The notes beneath the pieces are model-generated. The model made no database searches, was not told where the DNA came from, and saw nothing but the letters and a program-made list of their open reading frames with translations. DNA of 47,975 nt from Betaproteobacteria bacterium (GTDB lineage: Bacteria > Pseudomonadota > Gammaproteobacteria > Burkholderiales > SG8-41). Both the position numbers and the translations under genes were made by a program. Shown piece after piece: positions 28,991-38,203 of the stretch. The stretch lies in the NCBI GenBank assembly GCA_029864385.1, contig JAOTTL010000003.1, positions 1 through 47,975 on the forward strand, read 5' to 3'. Each line of letters opens with the position of its first letter. Within the stretch, counting starts at the first letter, position 1.

Positions 28991-29278
28991 TTATAGCCGG
29001 ACCCGTCTTTTTATCAGCGCCCGGCGGGCGCGGGCGTGGGCATCGAGACCTGGTATCTTCAAAGCCTCGATAATCCGCTTCCTGTAAGCACGGGCATCCT
29101 TTATCCGCCTGAAACTGGCTATGGAAATCGTCTCGCCATCACTCGTAAGCGTGACATCGAACCATTTGCCGTCCCACTGATTTTCAGGGATCACGGCCAC
29201 GCGCACGGGATGCGGTATCTTCTCGCCTTCCTGCAGGGATCGGTTGATGACGCGAGCAAGCAAGGCTTTCCGAGCCAT
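28991..29278 (-). CDS. Hypothetical basic protein (95 aa)
   Basis: AGGGGG RBS before ATG 29278; fills the gap between two minus-strand genes; no recognised family. Confidence 0.5.
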   Translation of the reverse strand: MARKALLARVINRSLQEGEKIPHPVRVAVIPENQWDGKWFDVTLTSDGETISIASFRRIKDARAYRKRIIEALKIPGLDAHARARRALIKRRVRL

Positions 29279-29476
29279 CGCAATTCCCCCCTTAACAAGT
29301 TTCACTCTTTCACCTCTCTTTTCCGGCGCGGCGCTGCGTGCCCGCGTAGGCGTCGTAATTGAGAACGCGCATGCGCTTTCTTCTTTCTTGCGTTCGATAC
29401 TGCCATGGTGGATCCGAGATGTGTCCGGCGGGGTATGCCGGACGGACGGACGAAGATTCAGCTCTTGAAGCTGCTC

Positions 29477-29965
29477 TCAAGAGCGCTTGAGAGCAGCAGG
29501 TGAGACAAGGACGCTGAACTGCTCGCACCAGATGACCACCGTTTCGTAGCGGGACAGGTCGACCCCGGCGGGTATCGCATAATTCTGGCTACCCTTGAAC
29601 GCCTTGAGCCGGCCCAGATCGACGTACATTAGTCTTGCCACGTTGGTCGACGGCGTGATGTTCTTCTCGGGCACGAGATACACGTGGAATTTCGGTCCCG
29701 GCCCGACCTCGAAATCGCTCTCGAGATGCAACAGGTCCTGATAGACGGTCACGCCGCCCTTGCCGTAGTGGATCGGGTCGGAGGGGTTTGCGTGTATGAA
29801 CGTGCCGGTCGCGACGACCTTCCTTGCGCCGGATCTCTCGACTTTTTCCATCGCGACGATATCAGCGAGGAAGATGTAGGGGTAGACGAAGATCCCGAGC
29901 GCAAATCCGGCGGCCGTACCGAGCAGGCCACCGGCGATAAAAACGAGGACGTATCTAGAACGCAT
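29477..29965 (-). CDS. DM13 domain protein with N-terminal membrane anchor
   Basis: GPGPKFHVYL, LGRLKAFKGSQNY, VIWCEQFSV. Confidence 0.9.
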   Translation of the reverse strand: MRSRYVLVFIAGGLLGTAAGFALGIFVYPYIFLADIVAMEKVERSGARKVVATGTFIHANPSDPIHYGKGGVTVYQDLLHLESDFEVGPGPKFHVYLVPEKNITPSTNVARLMYVDLGRLKAFKGSQNYAIPAGVDLSRYETVVIWCEQFSVLVSPAALKRS

Positions 29966-29988
29966 CTCAAAAATATAAAAACACCATT

Positions 29989-30082
29989 AACCGCAGATCA
30001 ACGCGGATAGAAAACCGAAATAAACCTATACAATTCTTTCTTATCGGCGTCAATCGGCGTCAATCGGCGTTCATCGGCGGTT
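29989..30082. repeat. 10-mer tandem-repeat hairpin
   Basis: AACCGCAGATCAACGCGGAT versus ATCGGCGTCA x2, ATCGGCGTTC, ATCGGCGGTT; same unit as 3728-3915. Confidence 0.85.
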
Positions 30083-30106
30083 GTATTACGGCTTTCCGAG
30101 CGACTT

Positions 30107-33100
30107 CTAGCTCAGCGCGGTAAATGCCTCGCGCACGGCGGCGACGCGGGCGCCCATGTCGGGCAGCTCGGCCTCGATGCGCAGCCGGTCCGGTCCGGCG
30201 AGGCGGTAGTTGCGGCGTGTTTGCTCCAGGTTCAGCACCTTTATCGGCTCGATCGGCGGCTTCGGCACGAACTGAATCTGGACTGCCGAGTCGGTGGCGT
30301 CGACGCGAGCGATGCCGAGCGGCCTGCCCAGAATGCGCAGGCGGTGGCATTCCACCAGCGCGCGCGCCGCGTCGGGCAGGGTGCCGAAACGGTCGATCAG
30401 TTCCTCGCGGAGCTGCTCGAGTTCCTCGGAGTTGTCGCAATTGGCGAAGCGCTTGTAGAGCACGAGACGCTCGTGCACGTCGGAGCAGTAATCATCAGGG
30501 AGCAGCGCCGGCACGTGCAGATTGATCTCCGTGGTGACGCCGAGCGGCGCAGCGAGATCCGGCTCGTGGCCCTGCTTGAGCGAGCGCACTGCGCTGTCGA
30601 GCATGCGCACGTAGAGGTTGAACCCCACTTCCTGCATCTCTCCGCTCTGCGATTCGCCCAGGACCTCGCCCGCGCCGCGGATCTCGAGATCATGCATTGC
30701 GAGGAAAAAGCCCGAGCCCAGCTGCTCCATCATCTGGATCGCTTCCAGCCGTTTCCTGGCCTGTCCGGTGATGGCGCCTTCATCGGGCAACATCAGGTAG
30801 GCGTAAGCCTGGTGGTGCGAGCGCCCGACCCGACCCCGCAGCTGGTGTAGCTGCGCCAGTCCGAACTTGTCCGCGCGGTTCATGATGATGGTATTCGCGG
30901 TCGGAATGTCGATGCCGGTCTCGATGATGGTGGTGCAGAGGAGCACGTTGAAGCGTTGCTGATAGAAGTCGCGCATCACGTGCTCGAGCTCGCGTTCGCG
31001 CATCTGGCCATGTGCGATACGGATGCGGGCCTCGGGCAGCAGCTTCACCAGCGTCTCCTCGACGTGCCGGATGGTGTCGATTTCGTTGTGCAGGAAGTAG
31101 ATCTGTCCGCCGCGGTTGAGCTCCCGCAGCACTGCTTCGCGAATTAGCGCCTTACTGTGCCGCAGGACGAAGGTCTTGATCGCCAGGCGGCGCTCGGGGG
31201 CGGTCGCGATCACCGAGAAGTCGCGCAGGCCCTCGAGCGACATCGCGAGGGTGCGCGGGATGGGCGTTGCCGTGAGTGTCAGCACGTCGACCTCGGCCCG
31301 CAGCGCCTTCAAGCGCTCCTTCTGCCGCACCCCGAAGCGATGCTCCTCGTCCACGATGACGAGTCCCAGCTTCTGGAACTTGACGTCGCGCTGCAGCAGC
31401 CTGTGGGTGCCGATCGCGATGTCGACGCGGCCGTCGGCGAGGCCGGCCATTGTCGCGGCCTGTTCCTTGGTGGTGCGGAAGCGGGAGAGCTCCGCGATCC
31501 TCACCGGCCAGTCGGCAAACCGGTCGGAAAATGTGTTGAAATGCTGCTCGGCGAGCAGCGTGGTCGGGACGAGCACGGCAACCTGCTTGCCGTCGGCGAC
31601 GCCGACGAAGGCCGCCCGCAGCGCGACTTCCGTCTTGCCGAAACCGACGTCGCCACAGATCAGCCGGTCCATGGGCTTGCCGCTCCCGAGATCCTCGATC
31701 ACGGCCTTGATGGCGGCGGCCTGGTCGGCCGTCTCCTCGAACGGGAAGCCGTCGCTGAACGCCTCCACGTCGTGCGGGTTTACCTGGAAGGCATGGCCGT
31801 GGCGCGCTGCGCGCTGCGCGTAGAGGTGGAGCAGCTCGGCCGCGGTGTCGCGCACCTGCCTGGCAGCCTTGCGCCGCGCTTTTTCCCACTGCCCGCTGCC
31901 AAGCTCGTGCAGGGGTGCCGCGTCCGCTGGCGCGCCACTGTAGCGGCTGACAAGGTGCAAGCTGGAGACAGGAACGTAAAGCTTGGCGCCGCGCGCGTAC
32001 TCGAGCACCAGGAATTCCGTCTCGCCCTCGCTGAGGTTCATGTTGACGAGGCCCTGGTAGCGCCCGATGCCGTGCTGTTCATGCACAACTGGATCACCGA
32101 TATTGACCTCCGAGAGATCGCGCAGCATGCCCTCCGGCGTGACGCGCACCGCGCCTTCGCGCTCGCGGCGCGGGCGTGCCTGAAGGGCGTAGAGCTCGTT
32201 TTCCGTGACGATCGCGAGCGGCGGCGCAGCCAGCGTGAAGCCCATGTGCAACGAACCGACCGCAAGCATGAAGGGCTCTGTCGATGCGGCGAACTGGGCA
32301 TACTCCTGCGCGAGCGCGGGAACGAGGCCGTGTTGAGCGAAGTACTCGAGCATCGTTTCACGCCGGCCCGGGCCCTCGGCGAGGACCAGCACGCGGCCTT
32401 CGAATGAAGCAAGGTACGAGCGCAGGCGGTGCAGAGGGTCGTCGGCCCGCCGCTCCACCGCCAGCGGCGGAAGCGGTGATGTCACCGCTGCCTCCGCTTG
32501 CGGGTTCAGGGTTCCGGGTTCAATGTTTAAGGTTCCAGGTTTCATATTACTGGTTTCAACTTTGAACTCGGAACTTTGAACTTTGAACGTTGAACCCAAG
32601 CCCGCGAGCTCGATGCGGGCGAAGGGTTTAATGGCGCCGAAGAACTGATCGGTCGTCAGGAAGAGCTCCTGCGGCGGCAGCACCGGATTGGTGCGGTCTC
32701 CTCGCAGCATGGCGTAACGCGTATGCGTATCGCTCCAGAACTGCTCGATGGCCTGCTGCAGGCCGGGCTGGACGCAGAACAGCGTGTCCGCCGGAAGGTA
32801 GTCCGTGAGGACCGCGGTGTTGTCGAAGAAAAGCGGCAGGTAGTACTCGATGCCGGCGCTCCCGACGCCCTTGCTCACGTCCTTGTAGATGGGGCTGCGG
32901 GAGGGGTCGCCTTCGAATGTCTCGCGGAATTTGCGGCGAAAGCGCGTCTGTCCCTCTTCGTCGAGCGGAAATTCCCGAGCCGGGAGGAGACGCACCTCAT
33001 TGACCTTGTAGATCGAGCGTTGCGTGTCCACGTCGAAGCTGCGAATGCTCTCGACGATGTCGTCGTCGAGCTCGATGCGGTAGGGCAGGGTGCTGCCCGT

Positions 33101-33607
33101 CGGAAACAGATCAAGCAGGCCGCCGCGCACGCAGTACTCGCCCGGTGCCACGACCTGCGTGACATGGGCGTAGCCTGCAGTGACGAGCTGCTGACGCATC
33201 GACTGCGCCTGGAGCGTCTGCCCCTGCCTGAAAAAGAACGAGCGCGCGGCGAGATAGTCGACGGGGGCCAGCCGGTAGAGCGCCGTCGTGACCGGAACGA
33301 TCGCCACGTCGAACTCACGGCGCATGAGCTGGTAGAGCGTGGCGAGCCGCTCCGACACCAGGTCGTGATGTGGCGAGAGCTGATCGTAGGGCAGCGTCTC
33401 CCAATCCGGGAATAAGTGGACCCTTATTCCCGGATCAAAAAACGAAATTTCTTCCAGCAGCCGTCGAGCGTCGGAGGCAGACGCGGTAAATACGGCGAGC
33501 GGGTGCCTCTGCCGCGCCAGTTGCGCGAGCAGGAGCGCATCGGATGAGCCGTAAAGAGGGAGCGTACATGCGCGCTCCCCCGGCGCCGGCAGTGGGAGCT
33601 GCAGCAT
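30107..33607 (-). CDS. mfd: Transcription-repair coupling factor
   Basis: FPDWETLPYD, RGGLLDLFP, CGDVGFGKT, DEEHRFGV, TATPIPRT, QLRGRVGRS, TRCF C-terminus; start ATG 33607 or TTG 33628. Confidence 0.98.
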   Translation of the reverse strand: MLQLPLPAPGERACTLPLYGSSDALLLAQLARQRHPLAVFTASASDARRLLEEISFFDPGIRVHLFPDWETLPYDQLSPHHDLVSERLATLYQLMRREFDVAIVPVTTALYRLAPVDYLAARSFFFRQGQTLQAQSMRQQLVTAGYAHVTQVVAPGEYCVRGGLLDLFPTGSTLPYRIELDDDIVESIRSFDVDTQRSIYKVNEVRLLPAREFPLDEEGQTRFRRKFRETFEGDPSRSPIYKDVSKGVGSAGIEYYLPLFFDNTAVLTDYLPADTLFCVQPGLQQAIEQFWSDTHTRYAMLRGDRTNPVLPPQELFLTTDQFFGAIKPFARIELAGLGSTFKVQSSEFKVETSNMKPGTLNIEPGTLNPQAEAAVTSPLPPLAVERRADDPLHRLRSYLASFEGRVLVLAEGPGRRETMLEYFAQHGLVPALAQEYAQFAASTEPFMLAVGSLHMGFTLAAPPLAIVTENELYALQARPRREREGAVRVTPEGMLRDLSEVNIGDPVVHEQHGIGRYQGLVNMNLSEGETEFLVLEYARGAKLYVPVSSLHLVSRYSGAPADAAPLHELGSGQWEKARRKAARQVRDTAAELLHLYAQRAARHGHAFQVNPHDVEAFSDGFPFEETADQAAAIKAVIEDLGSGKPMDRLICGDVGFGKTEVALRAAFVGVADGKQVAVLVPTTLLAEQHFNTFSDRFADWPVRIAELSRFRTTKEQAATMAGLADGRVDIAIGTHRLLQRDVKFQKLGLVIVDEEHRFGVRQKERLKALRAEVDVLTLTATPIPRTLAMSLEGLRDFSVIATAPERRLAIKTFVLRHSKALIREAVLRELNRGGQIYFLHNEIDTIRHVEETLVKLLPEARIRIAHGQMRERELEHVMRDFYQQRFNVLLCTTIIETGIDIPTANTIIMNRADKFGLAQLHQLRGRVGRSHHQAYAYLMLPDEGAITGQARKRLEAIQMMEQLGSGFFLAMHDLEIRGAGEVLGESQSGEMQEVGFNLYVRMLDSAVRSLKQGHEPDLAAPLGVTTEINLHVPALLPDDYCSDVHERLVLYKRFANCDNSEELEQLREELIDRFGTLPDAARALVECHRLRILGRPLGIARVDATDSAVQIQFVPKPPIEPIKVLNLEQTRRNYRLAGPDRLRIEAELPDMGARVAAVREAFTALS
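32502..32597. repeat. 96-bp 7-mer tandem-repeat hairpin inside mfd, in frame
   Basis: Six GGGTTCA-like units, a 12-nt spacer and six TGAACTT-like units; outer GGGTTCA/TGAACCC are perfect inverses; AT-richer than flanks. Confidence 0.9.
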
Positions 33608-33705
33608 TTCGGGTTGAAAGTGCTTCAAAAACCGCTTGTTATTATACCGGCGCGCCGTAAACCGGCGCGCTTGCCGGTCGGGTCACGCCGGTTTAGTCAC
33701 CGATT

Positions 33706-34788
33706 TCAAACGGGGGTGTGGATGGCGATCGGAATCCGGCGCCGTCCGAACTGACCCTTGAATTCTTCGTAGCGGCCGGCAATTGCCGCGCCACAATCGG
33801 GGCATTTGCCCTCGGCGGTAACGCGATACTCCTCGATCCGGTACCAGTCGCGCACGATCAGGGCCGTGCGGCACGAAGGGCAGTAAGTGGCGCCGCCTCG
33901 CTCGTCATGGATATTGCCGGTGAAGACGTAATGCAGGCCTTCGCTGAGCGCGATCTCGCGCGCCCGGCGCAGCGTCGCGGCCGGCGTCGCGGGGATGTCC
34001 GGCATCTTGTAATCGGGATGGAAGGCCGTAAAGTGCACCGGGACGTCGGCCCCCAGCTCTTTACGGATCCACTTGCACTCGGCCTCGATCTCCGCATTCG
34101 AGTCGTTCTTGCCCGGGATCAGCAGCGTCGTGATTTCGACCCAGACCTCGGTTTCGTGCTTCAGGTAGGCGAGCGTGTCGAGCACGGGCTGGAGCCGCGC
34201 CCCGCACAGCTTGTAGTAGAAATCATCGGTGAACGCTTTCAGGTCCACATTTGCAGCGTCCATCTTCGCGAAAAACTCGCGGCGGGGCACCTCGTGAATG
34301 TAGCCCGCCGTGACGGCGACGGTCTGCACGCCATGCGCGTGGCACGCGTCCGCAATATCCATCGCGTACTCGGCGAAGATAACCGGGTCGTTGTAGGTAA
34401 ACGCGACGCTCTTGCAGCCCGCGGCAAGCGCGGCTTTCGCGATTGCCGCGGGCGAAGCTTCGTCCGCGAGCCGGTCCATATCGCGCGATTTGGAGATGTC
34501 CCAGTTCTGGCAGAACTTGCACGCAAGGTTGCAGCCGGCGGTGCCGAACGAGAGGATGCTCGAGCCGGGGTAGAACTGGTTGAGCGGCTTTTTCTCGATC
34601 GGATCGATACAAAAGCCGGAGGAGCGCCCATAGGTGGTGAGCACCAACTGGTCGCCGTTTCGCATGCGCACGAAGCACGCTCCGCGCTGGCCCTCGTGCA
34701 GCCGGCAGTCGCGCGGGCACAGGTCGCACTGCATGCGACCGTCCTCGAGCATGTGCCACCACCGGCCGGGATATTCGCGTTCGCTCAT
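33706..34788 (-). CDS. amrS: AmmeMemoRadiSam system radical SAM enzyme
   Basis: CDLCPRDC..C N-terminus, IDPIEKKPL, CNLACKFC (CxxxCxxC) QNWDISK, C-terminal CxxC pairs. Confidence 0.93.
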   Translation of the reverse strand: MSEREYPGRWWHMLEDGRMQCDLCPRDCRLHEGQRGACFVRMRNGDQLVLTTYGRSSGFCIDPIEKKPLNQFYPGSSILSFGTAGCNLACKFCQNWDISKSRDMDRLADEASPAAIAKAALAAGCKSVAFTYNDPVIFAEYAMDIADACHAHGVQTVAVTAGYIHEVPRREFFAKMDAANVDLKAFTDDFYYKLCGARLQPVLDTLAYLKHETEVWVEITTLLIPGKNDSNAEIEAECKWIRKELGADVPVHFTAFHPDYKMPDIPATPAATLRRAREIALSEGLHYVFTGNIHDERGGATYCPSCRTALIVRDWYRIEEYRVTAEGKCPDCGAAIAGRYEEFKGQFGRRRIPIAIHTPV

Positions 34789-34796
34789 CGCAGTTC

Positions 34797-34909
34797 GTAA
34801 TGAGTAATGGGGGATGGATAATGCGAAAGAGCCGATGCGCGGCCCGCGCAACACCCATCACCCATCACCCATCACCCATCACCCATCACTCATCACTCAT
34901 CACTCATCA
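34797..34909. repeat. 7-mer tandem-repeat hairpin at the amrA/amrS junction
   Basis: (CCCATCA)5(CTCATCA)3 at 34854-34909 opposed by GTAATGA-GTAATGG-GGGATGG-ATAATGC at 34797-34824. Confidence 0.9.
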
Positions 34910-35533
34910 CGCTTCCTCGCGCCACTTGGTCACGACATAGCGCGAGAGCTTCACGTCGCTGTCCCAGAAGTCGGGCGGTAGCCCGGCCTTGTAGCGCAGG
35001 TGCGCGAGAAATTCAGCGGGATCATCGAATTGTTCCCACACCTGGGGCAGGAACGTACCCGTATGGTAGCCGTACTGGAACACGATCCCGTCGACGCCTG
35101 GCCGCAGCTGTCGAACGGCATCCTGCTCGTCGGCCACGGTCATTGGCTCAAGAGCGGAAAGCACCGAGATTTCGAGCGCCACGGCAGCAAACTCGCCGGG
35201 CGCCAGCGGCTTGAACCGGGGATCGCGGAAGGCGGCGGCCACCGCGTTCGCCTTCACGTCCTCGAGCAACGTGCGGTGCGCTCGCAGCGTGCCGATGCAG
35301 CCGCGCAAACGCTTGCTCGCCATGAGCGTGATGAAACAGGCGCCCGGTTGCCTGAGCCAAGGGAAGTCATCGCTTGCCGCGTGATCGACGCCGAGTTCGT
35401 TGGCGATCGCCGAGCGGGCGACTGGCAGCAGCACCTGCCCCGCATCCTGCGGCCAGGGTGACGGCCCGCTCGAGTGCAAGACGACCCGGCCCGATGCGGC
35501 GGGTACCATGATCGGGTCCGACTTATCGGGCAT
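34907..35533 (-). CDS. amrA: AmmeMemoRadiSam system protein A (AMMECR1 domain)
   Basis: LRGCIG, AAFRDPRF, EISVLS, TFLPQVW. Confidence 0.93.
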   Translation of the reverse strand: MPDKSDPIMVPAASGRVVLHSSGPSPWPQDAGQVLLPVARSAIANELGVDHAASDDFPWLRQPGACFITLMASKRLRGCIGTLRAHRTLLEDVKANAVAAAFRDPRFKPLAPGEFAAVALEISVLSALEPMTVADEQDAVRQLRPGVDGIVFQYGYHTGTFLPQVWEQFDDPAEFLAHLRYKAGLPPDFWDSDVKLSRYVVTKWREEA

Positions 35534-36398
35534 CCTGTTCGTCCTCGAAGGAGTTTGTCGGCCCAAAGTCCGACAAACTCCTTACGACGGGCTGCTCGTA
35601 AAACGCGAACGCGCCGTAGCCCACCACGCGCTGTTTGTCCCCCGCGGTGTCACCCGAATTTCGCAGATCGATGAGTTCGGCCTTGAGCCCTCGCTTGCGC
35701 GCTGTGTAGGTCAGGCCCGTTACCGGCGTAGCGCCGCACGCTTGCTCGTGCGAGATATCGGCCGTCAGGCTCAGGATCGCCTGCGCGGTCGCGCGGTCAA
35801 GCGTCTGCGCGTCGGCGTAGGGAAGGTAGTGCGACAGGTCGGAGCTCACCACGATCAGCGTCTCGGGGCCGCCCCACAGGGTGTCGATCACCTCCGCCAC
35901 CGCGGGGGCGTCTGCCCGTCCCACCGCCAGGGGCACGAGCGTGAAACGCTCGAGCACCGTCTGCAGGAAGGGAACGTGCACCTCGATTGAATGCTCGGGG
36001 GCGTGTGCCTGGGCGCTGGTTCCGACCTGCGGCAATGCGCCGAGCGCAGCCACGGCCTCAGGGTCGATGGCGACCACGCCGAGCGGGGTCGCGAACGCGG
36101 CAACCCCGGGAAGCGCGAGTCCGCGCACCGGGACCCGATGAGTGGGACCGAGCAATACCACGCGCCTGATCGTCTGGCGCGCGGGGGCGAGCAGCGCATA
36201 TACGCTCGCAGCGATCGGTCCGGAGTAGATGTAGCCTGCGTGCGGCGCAATGATGGCCTTGGGCACCGGGCGCTCGGGCGCGACGCTCGCTGCCGTACCC
36301 AGCATTTGCGCAATGGAGCGCGCGAGCTCGACCCGATCGCCGGGATAAAACATGCCGGCCACCGCCGGGCTACGCGTGGAGAGCGCCGATTGCAGCAT
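35523..36398 (-). CDS. amrB: AmmeMemoRadiSam system protein B (Memo-like)
   Basis: PAVAGMFYP, PHAGYIYSG, EHSIEV, SSDLSHY, ACG, VVGYG. Confidence 0.94.
   Translation of the reverse strand: MLQSALSTRSPAVAGMFYPGDRVELARSIAQMLGTAASVAPERPVPKAIIAPHAGYIYSGPIAASVYALLAPARQTIRRVVLLGPTHRVPVRGLALPGVAAFATPLGVVAIDPEAVAALGALPQVGTSAQAHAPEHSIEVHVPFLQTVLERFTLVPLAVGRADAPAVAEVIDTLWGGPETLIVVSSDLSHYLPYADAQTLDRATAQAILSLTADISHEQACGATPVTGLTYTARKRGLKAELIDLRNSGDTAGDKQRVVGYGAFAFYEQPVVRSLSDFGPTNSFEDEQDAR
35548..35583. repeat. 36-bp REP/MITE-like palindrome, copy 2 (inside amrB 3' end)
   Basis: AAGGAGTTTGTCGG-N8-CCGACAAACTCCTT, a perfect 14-bp IR. Confidence 0.85.
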
Positions 36399-36498
36399 AC
36401 TGGTTTCATTATGCGCCCGGAAAGCGCTTTTTCAAGTGCGGAAAACGCGCGCGCCAATGCTGCTAAAATCGCAGCAATAACAGCGTTTTTCGCCCCGC

Positions 36499-37248
36499 GT
36501 GTCGAAGACCTACGCCCTGATTCCAGCAGCCGGTTCCGGTTCGCGCGTCCGCGCGGCCGTGCCCAAGCAATACCTGGAGATTTCCGGGCGCCCGCTGCTC
36601 TACTACGCGCTGAGGCCGCTCGTGCGGCACCCGCGTATCGAGCAGGTGTTCGTGGTCCTGGCGCAGGGCGACACGAATTTCAGGGATTACGATTGGCGCG
36701 ACTTCGGCGCCAAAGTCGAGCCGTTGTACTGTGGTGGTGTGACGCGCACAGCAAGCGTGTTCAATGGATTAATGGCCGCGCGCGACATGATCGAGCCTTC
36801 GGACTGGGTGCTGGTGCATGATGCGGCACGGCCGTGCCTGAGCGATGCGGCGCTCGAGCGCCTCCTCATCGAGGCAGGCGGTGACGAGACTGGTGGACTC
36901 CTGGCAGTGCCGGTGTCAGACACGCTCAAGCGTGCGAACTGCGATCTGCGCGCAGTGGGGACCGAGCCCCGGGAGCACCTGTGGCTCGCGCAGACGCCGC
37001 AAATGTTCCGCTACCGGTTGCTGATCGACGCCCTGCGCCTGGCTGATCCGGGCATCGCAACGGACGAAGCGCGGGCGATTGAGGGAGTGGGCTTGAAGCC
37101 CCGCCTGGTGATGGGCGACACCCGCAACCTCAAGGTGACTTATCCTGAGGACCTCGGCATTGCGGAGCTGATCTTGAGGAGCCAAGGCGCATCCGCCACT
37201 ATGCCGGGACGGCGAGCCAGGCCAAAAGTGAAACCACGGAAAGCTTGA
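36499..37248 (+). CDS. ispD: 2-C-methyl-D-erythritol 4-phosphate cytidylyltransferase
   Basis: PAAGSGSR, PKQY, LVHDAARP, AQTPQMF, NLKVTYPED. Confidence 0.96.
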   Translation: MSKTYALIPAAGSGSRVRAAVPKQYLEISGRPLLYYALRPLVRHPRIEQVFVVLAQGDTNFRDYDWRDFGAKVEPLYCGGVTRTASVFNGLMAARDMIEPSDWVLVHDAARPCLSDAALERLLIEAGGDETGGLLAVPVSDTLKRANCDLRAVGTEPREHLWLAQTPQMFRYRLLIDALRLADPGIATDEARAIEGVGLKPRLVMGDTRNLKVTYPEDLGIAELILRSQGASATMPGRRARPKVKPRKA

Positions 37249-37475
37249 TGAATGCGGGGCCGTGCCCAACAAGCGGGTAGGGATTAATCCGGGCGCGGGA
37301 TTTTGTCCGCGCTTACTGATAAACTTGCGTACAAGCCTGCTCTGCGGTGGTATGAGACGCGTCGTCCTGGCCCTCCCACCGGCGTTGGTTTGAGCGGCTT
37401 GATGCTAACGCTTTCGTTCTGTGCGGCGCTTCGGCGTCCCGGCGGGCAGTAGTGAACGGGAAATTCGTCACATTA

Positions 37476-37593
37476 AAGAAATCTCTGCACAAGAGGGTGT
37501 GCAGAGATTTCTTAACAAGGTTAATGATGGTCGTTCACGAATCATACAAAGTAGTCTTATTAGGATTCTCTGCAAACTATTGCAGAGAATCCT
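37476..37593. repeat. Two related perfect palindromes upstream of ispF
   Basis: AAGAAATCTCTGCACA-N6-TGTGCAGAGATTTCTT (37476-37513) and AGGATTCTCTGCAA-N4-TTGCAGAGAATCCT (37562-37593). Confidence 0.85.
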
Positions 37594-37600
37594 TAACACG

Positions 37601-38110
37601 ATGAGAATCGGGCAGGGGTTTGACGCACACGCGCTGGTGGCGGGTAGAAAGCTCGTCATCGGCGGCGTGCCGGTTCCTTTTGATAAAGGACTCGCCGGGC
37701 ACTCGGATGCCGATGTGCTGATCCATGCCGTTTGCGATGCCCTGCTGGGCGCGGCCGGCCTGGGAGACATCGGCGCGCACTTTCCGGACACCGACCCCCG
37801 GTACCAGGACGCCGACAGCCGGGCCTTGCTGCGGGAGGTGGGGCTGCTGCTGGGGCAGGAGCGCCTGCGCGTCGTCAACGTGGACGCCACGGTCATCGCG
37901 CAGGCGCCGCGACTGGCGCCACATCTCCCGGAGATGCGCGCGAATCTCGCCTCGGACATTGGCATCCCGCCGGATTTCGTCAACATCAAGGCCAAGAGCA
38001 CCGAGCGCCTCGGTTTTACCGGGCGCGGCGAGGGCATCGCGGCTGAAGCGATAGCACTGATCACGTGGGTAGATCCAGAAAACGCCGAAACAACCCGGCC
38101 CCGGGCCTGA
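37601..38110 (+). CDS. ispF: 2-C-methyl-D-erythritol 2,4-cyclodiphosphate synthase
   Basis: [37 protein letters not shown]. Confidence 0.97.
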   Translation: MRIGQGFDAHALVAGRKLVIGGVPVPFDKGLAGHSDADVLIHAVCDALLGAAGLGDIGAHFPDTDPRYQDADSRALLREVGLLLGQERLRVVNVDATVIAQAPRLAPHLPEMRANLASDIGIPPDFVNIKAKSTERLGFTGRGEGIAAEAIALITWVDPENAETTRPRA

Positions 38111-38203
38111 GGGCGCCGGGCCCGCACCAGAGGGCGCCGGGCCCGCGCCAAAGGGCGTCAGGTCCGCGCCAGATTGCTCCGGGCCCGCGCCAGAGCGCTC
38201 CGG
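38109..38203 (+). repeat. 21-bp tandem repeat, about 4.5 copies
   Basis: GAGGGCGCCGGGCCCGCRCCA-like units starting at 38109, 38130, 38151, 38172, 38193. Confidence 0.85.

Noticed and set aside
29310-29528. Short ORFs between the orphan gene and DM13
   Set aside because: No RBS or motif support, and they overlap neighbouring genes.
34854-34909. Repeat arrays as CRISPR
   Set aside because: Units are 7-21 bp and contiguous, with no unique spacers and no cas genes; this applies to all arrays in the window.
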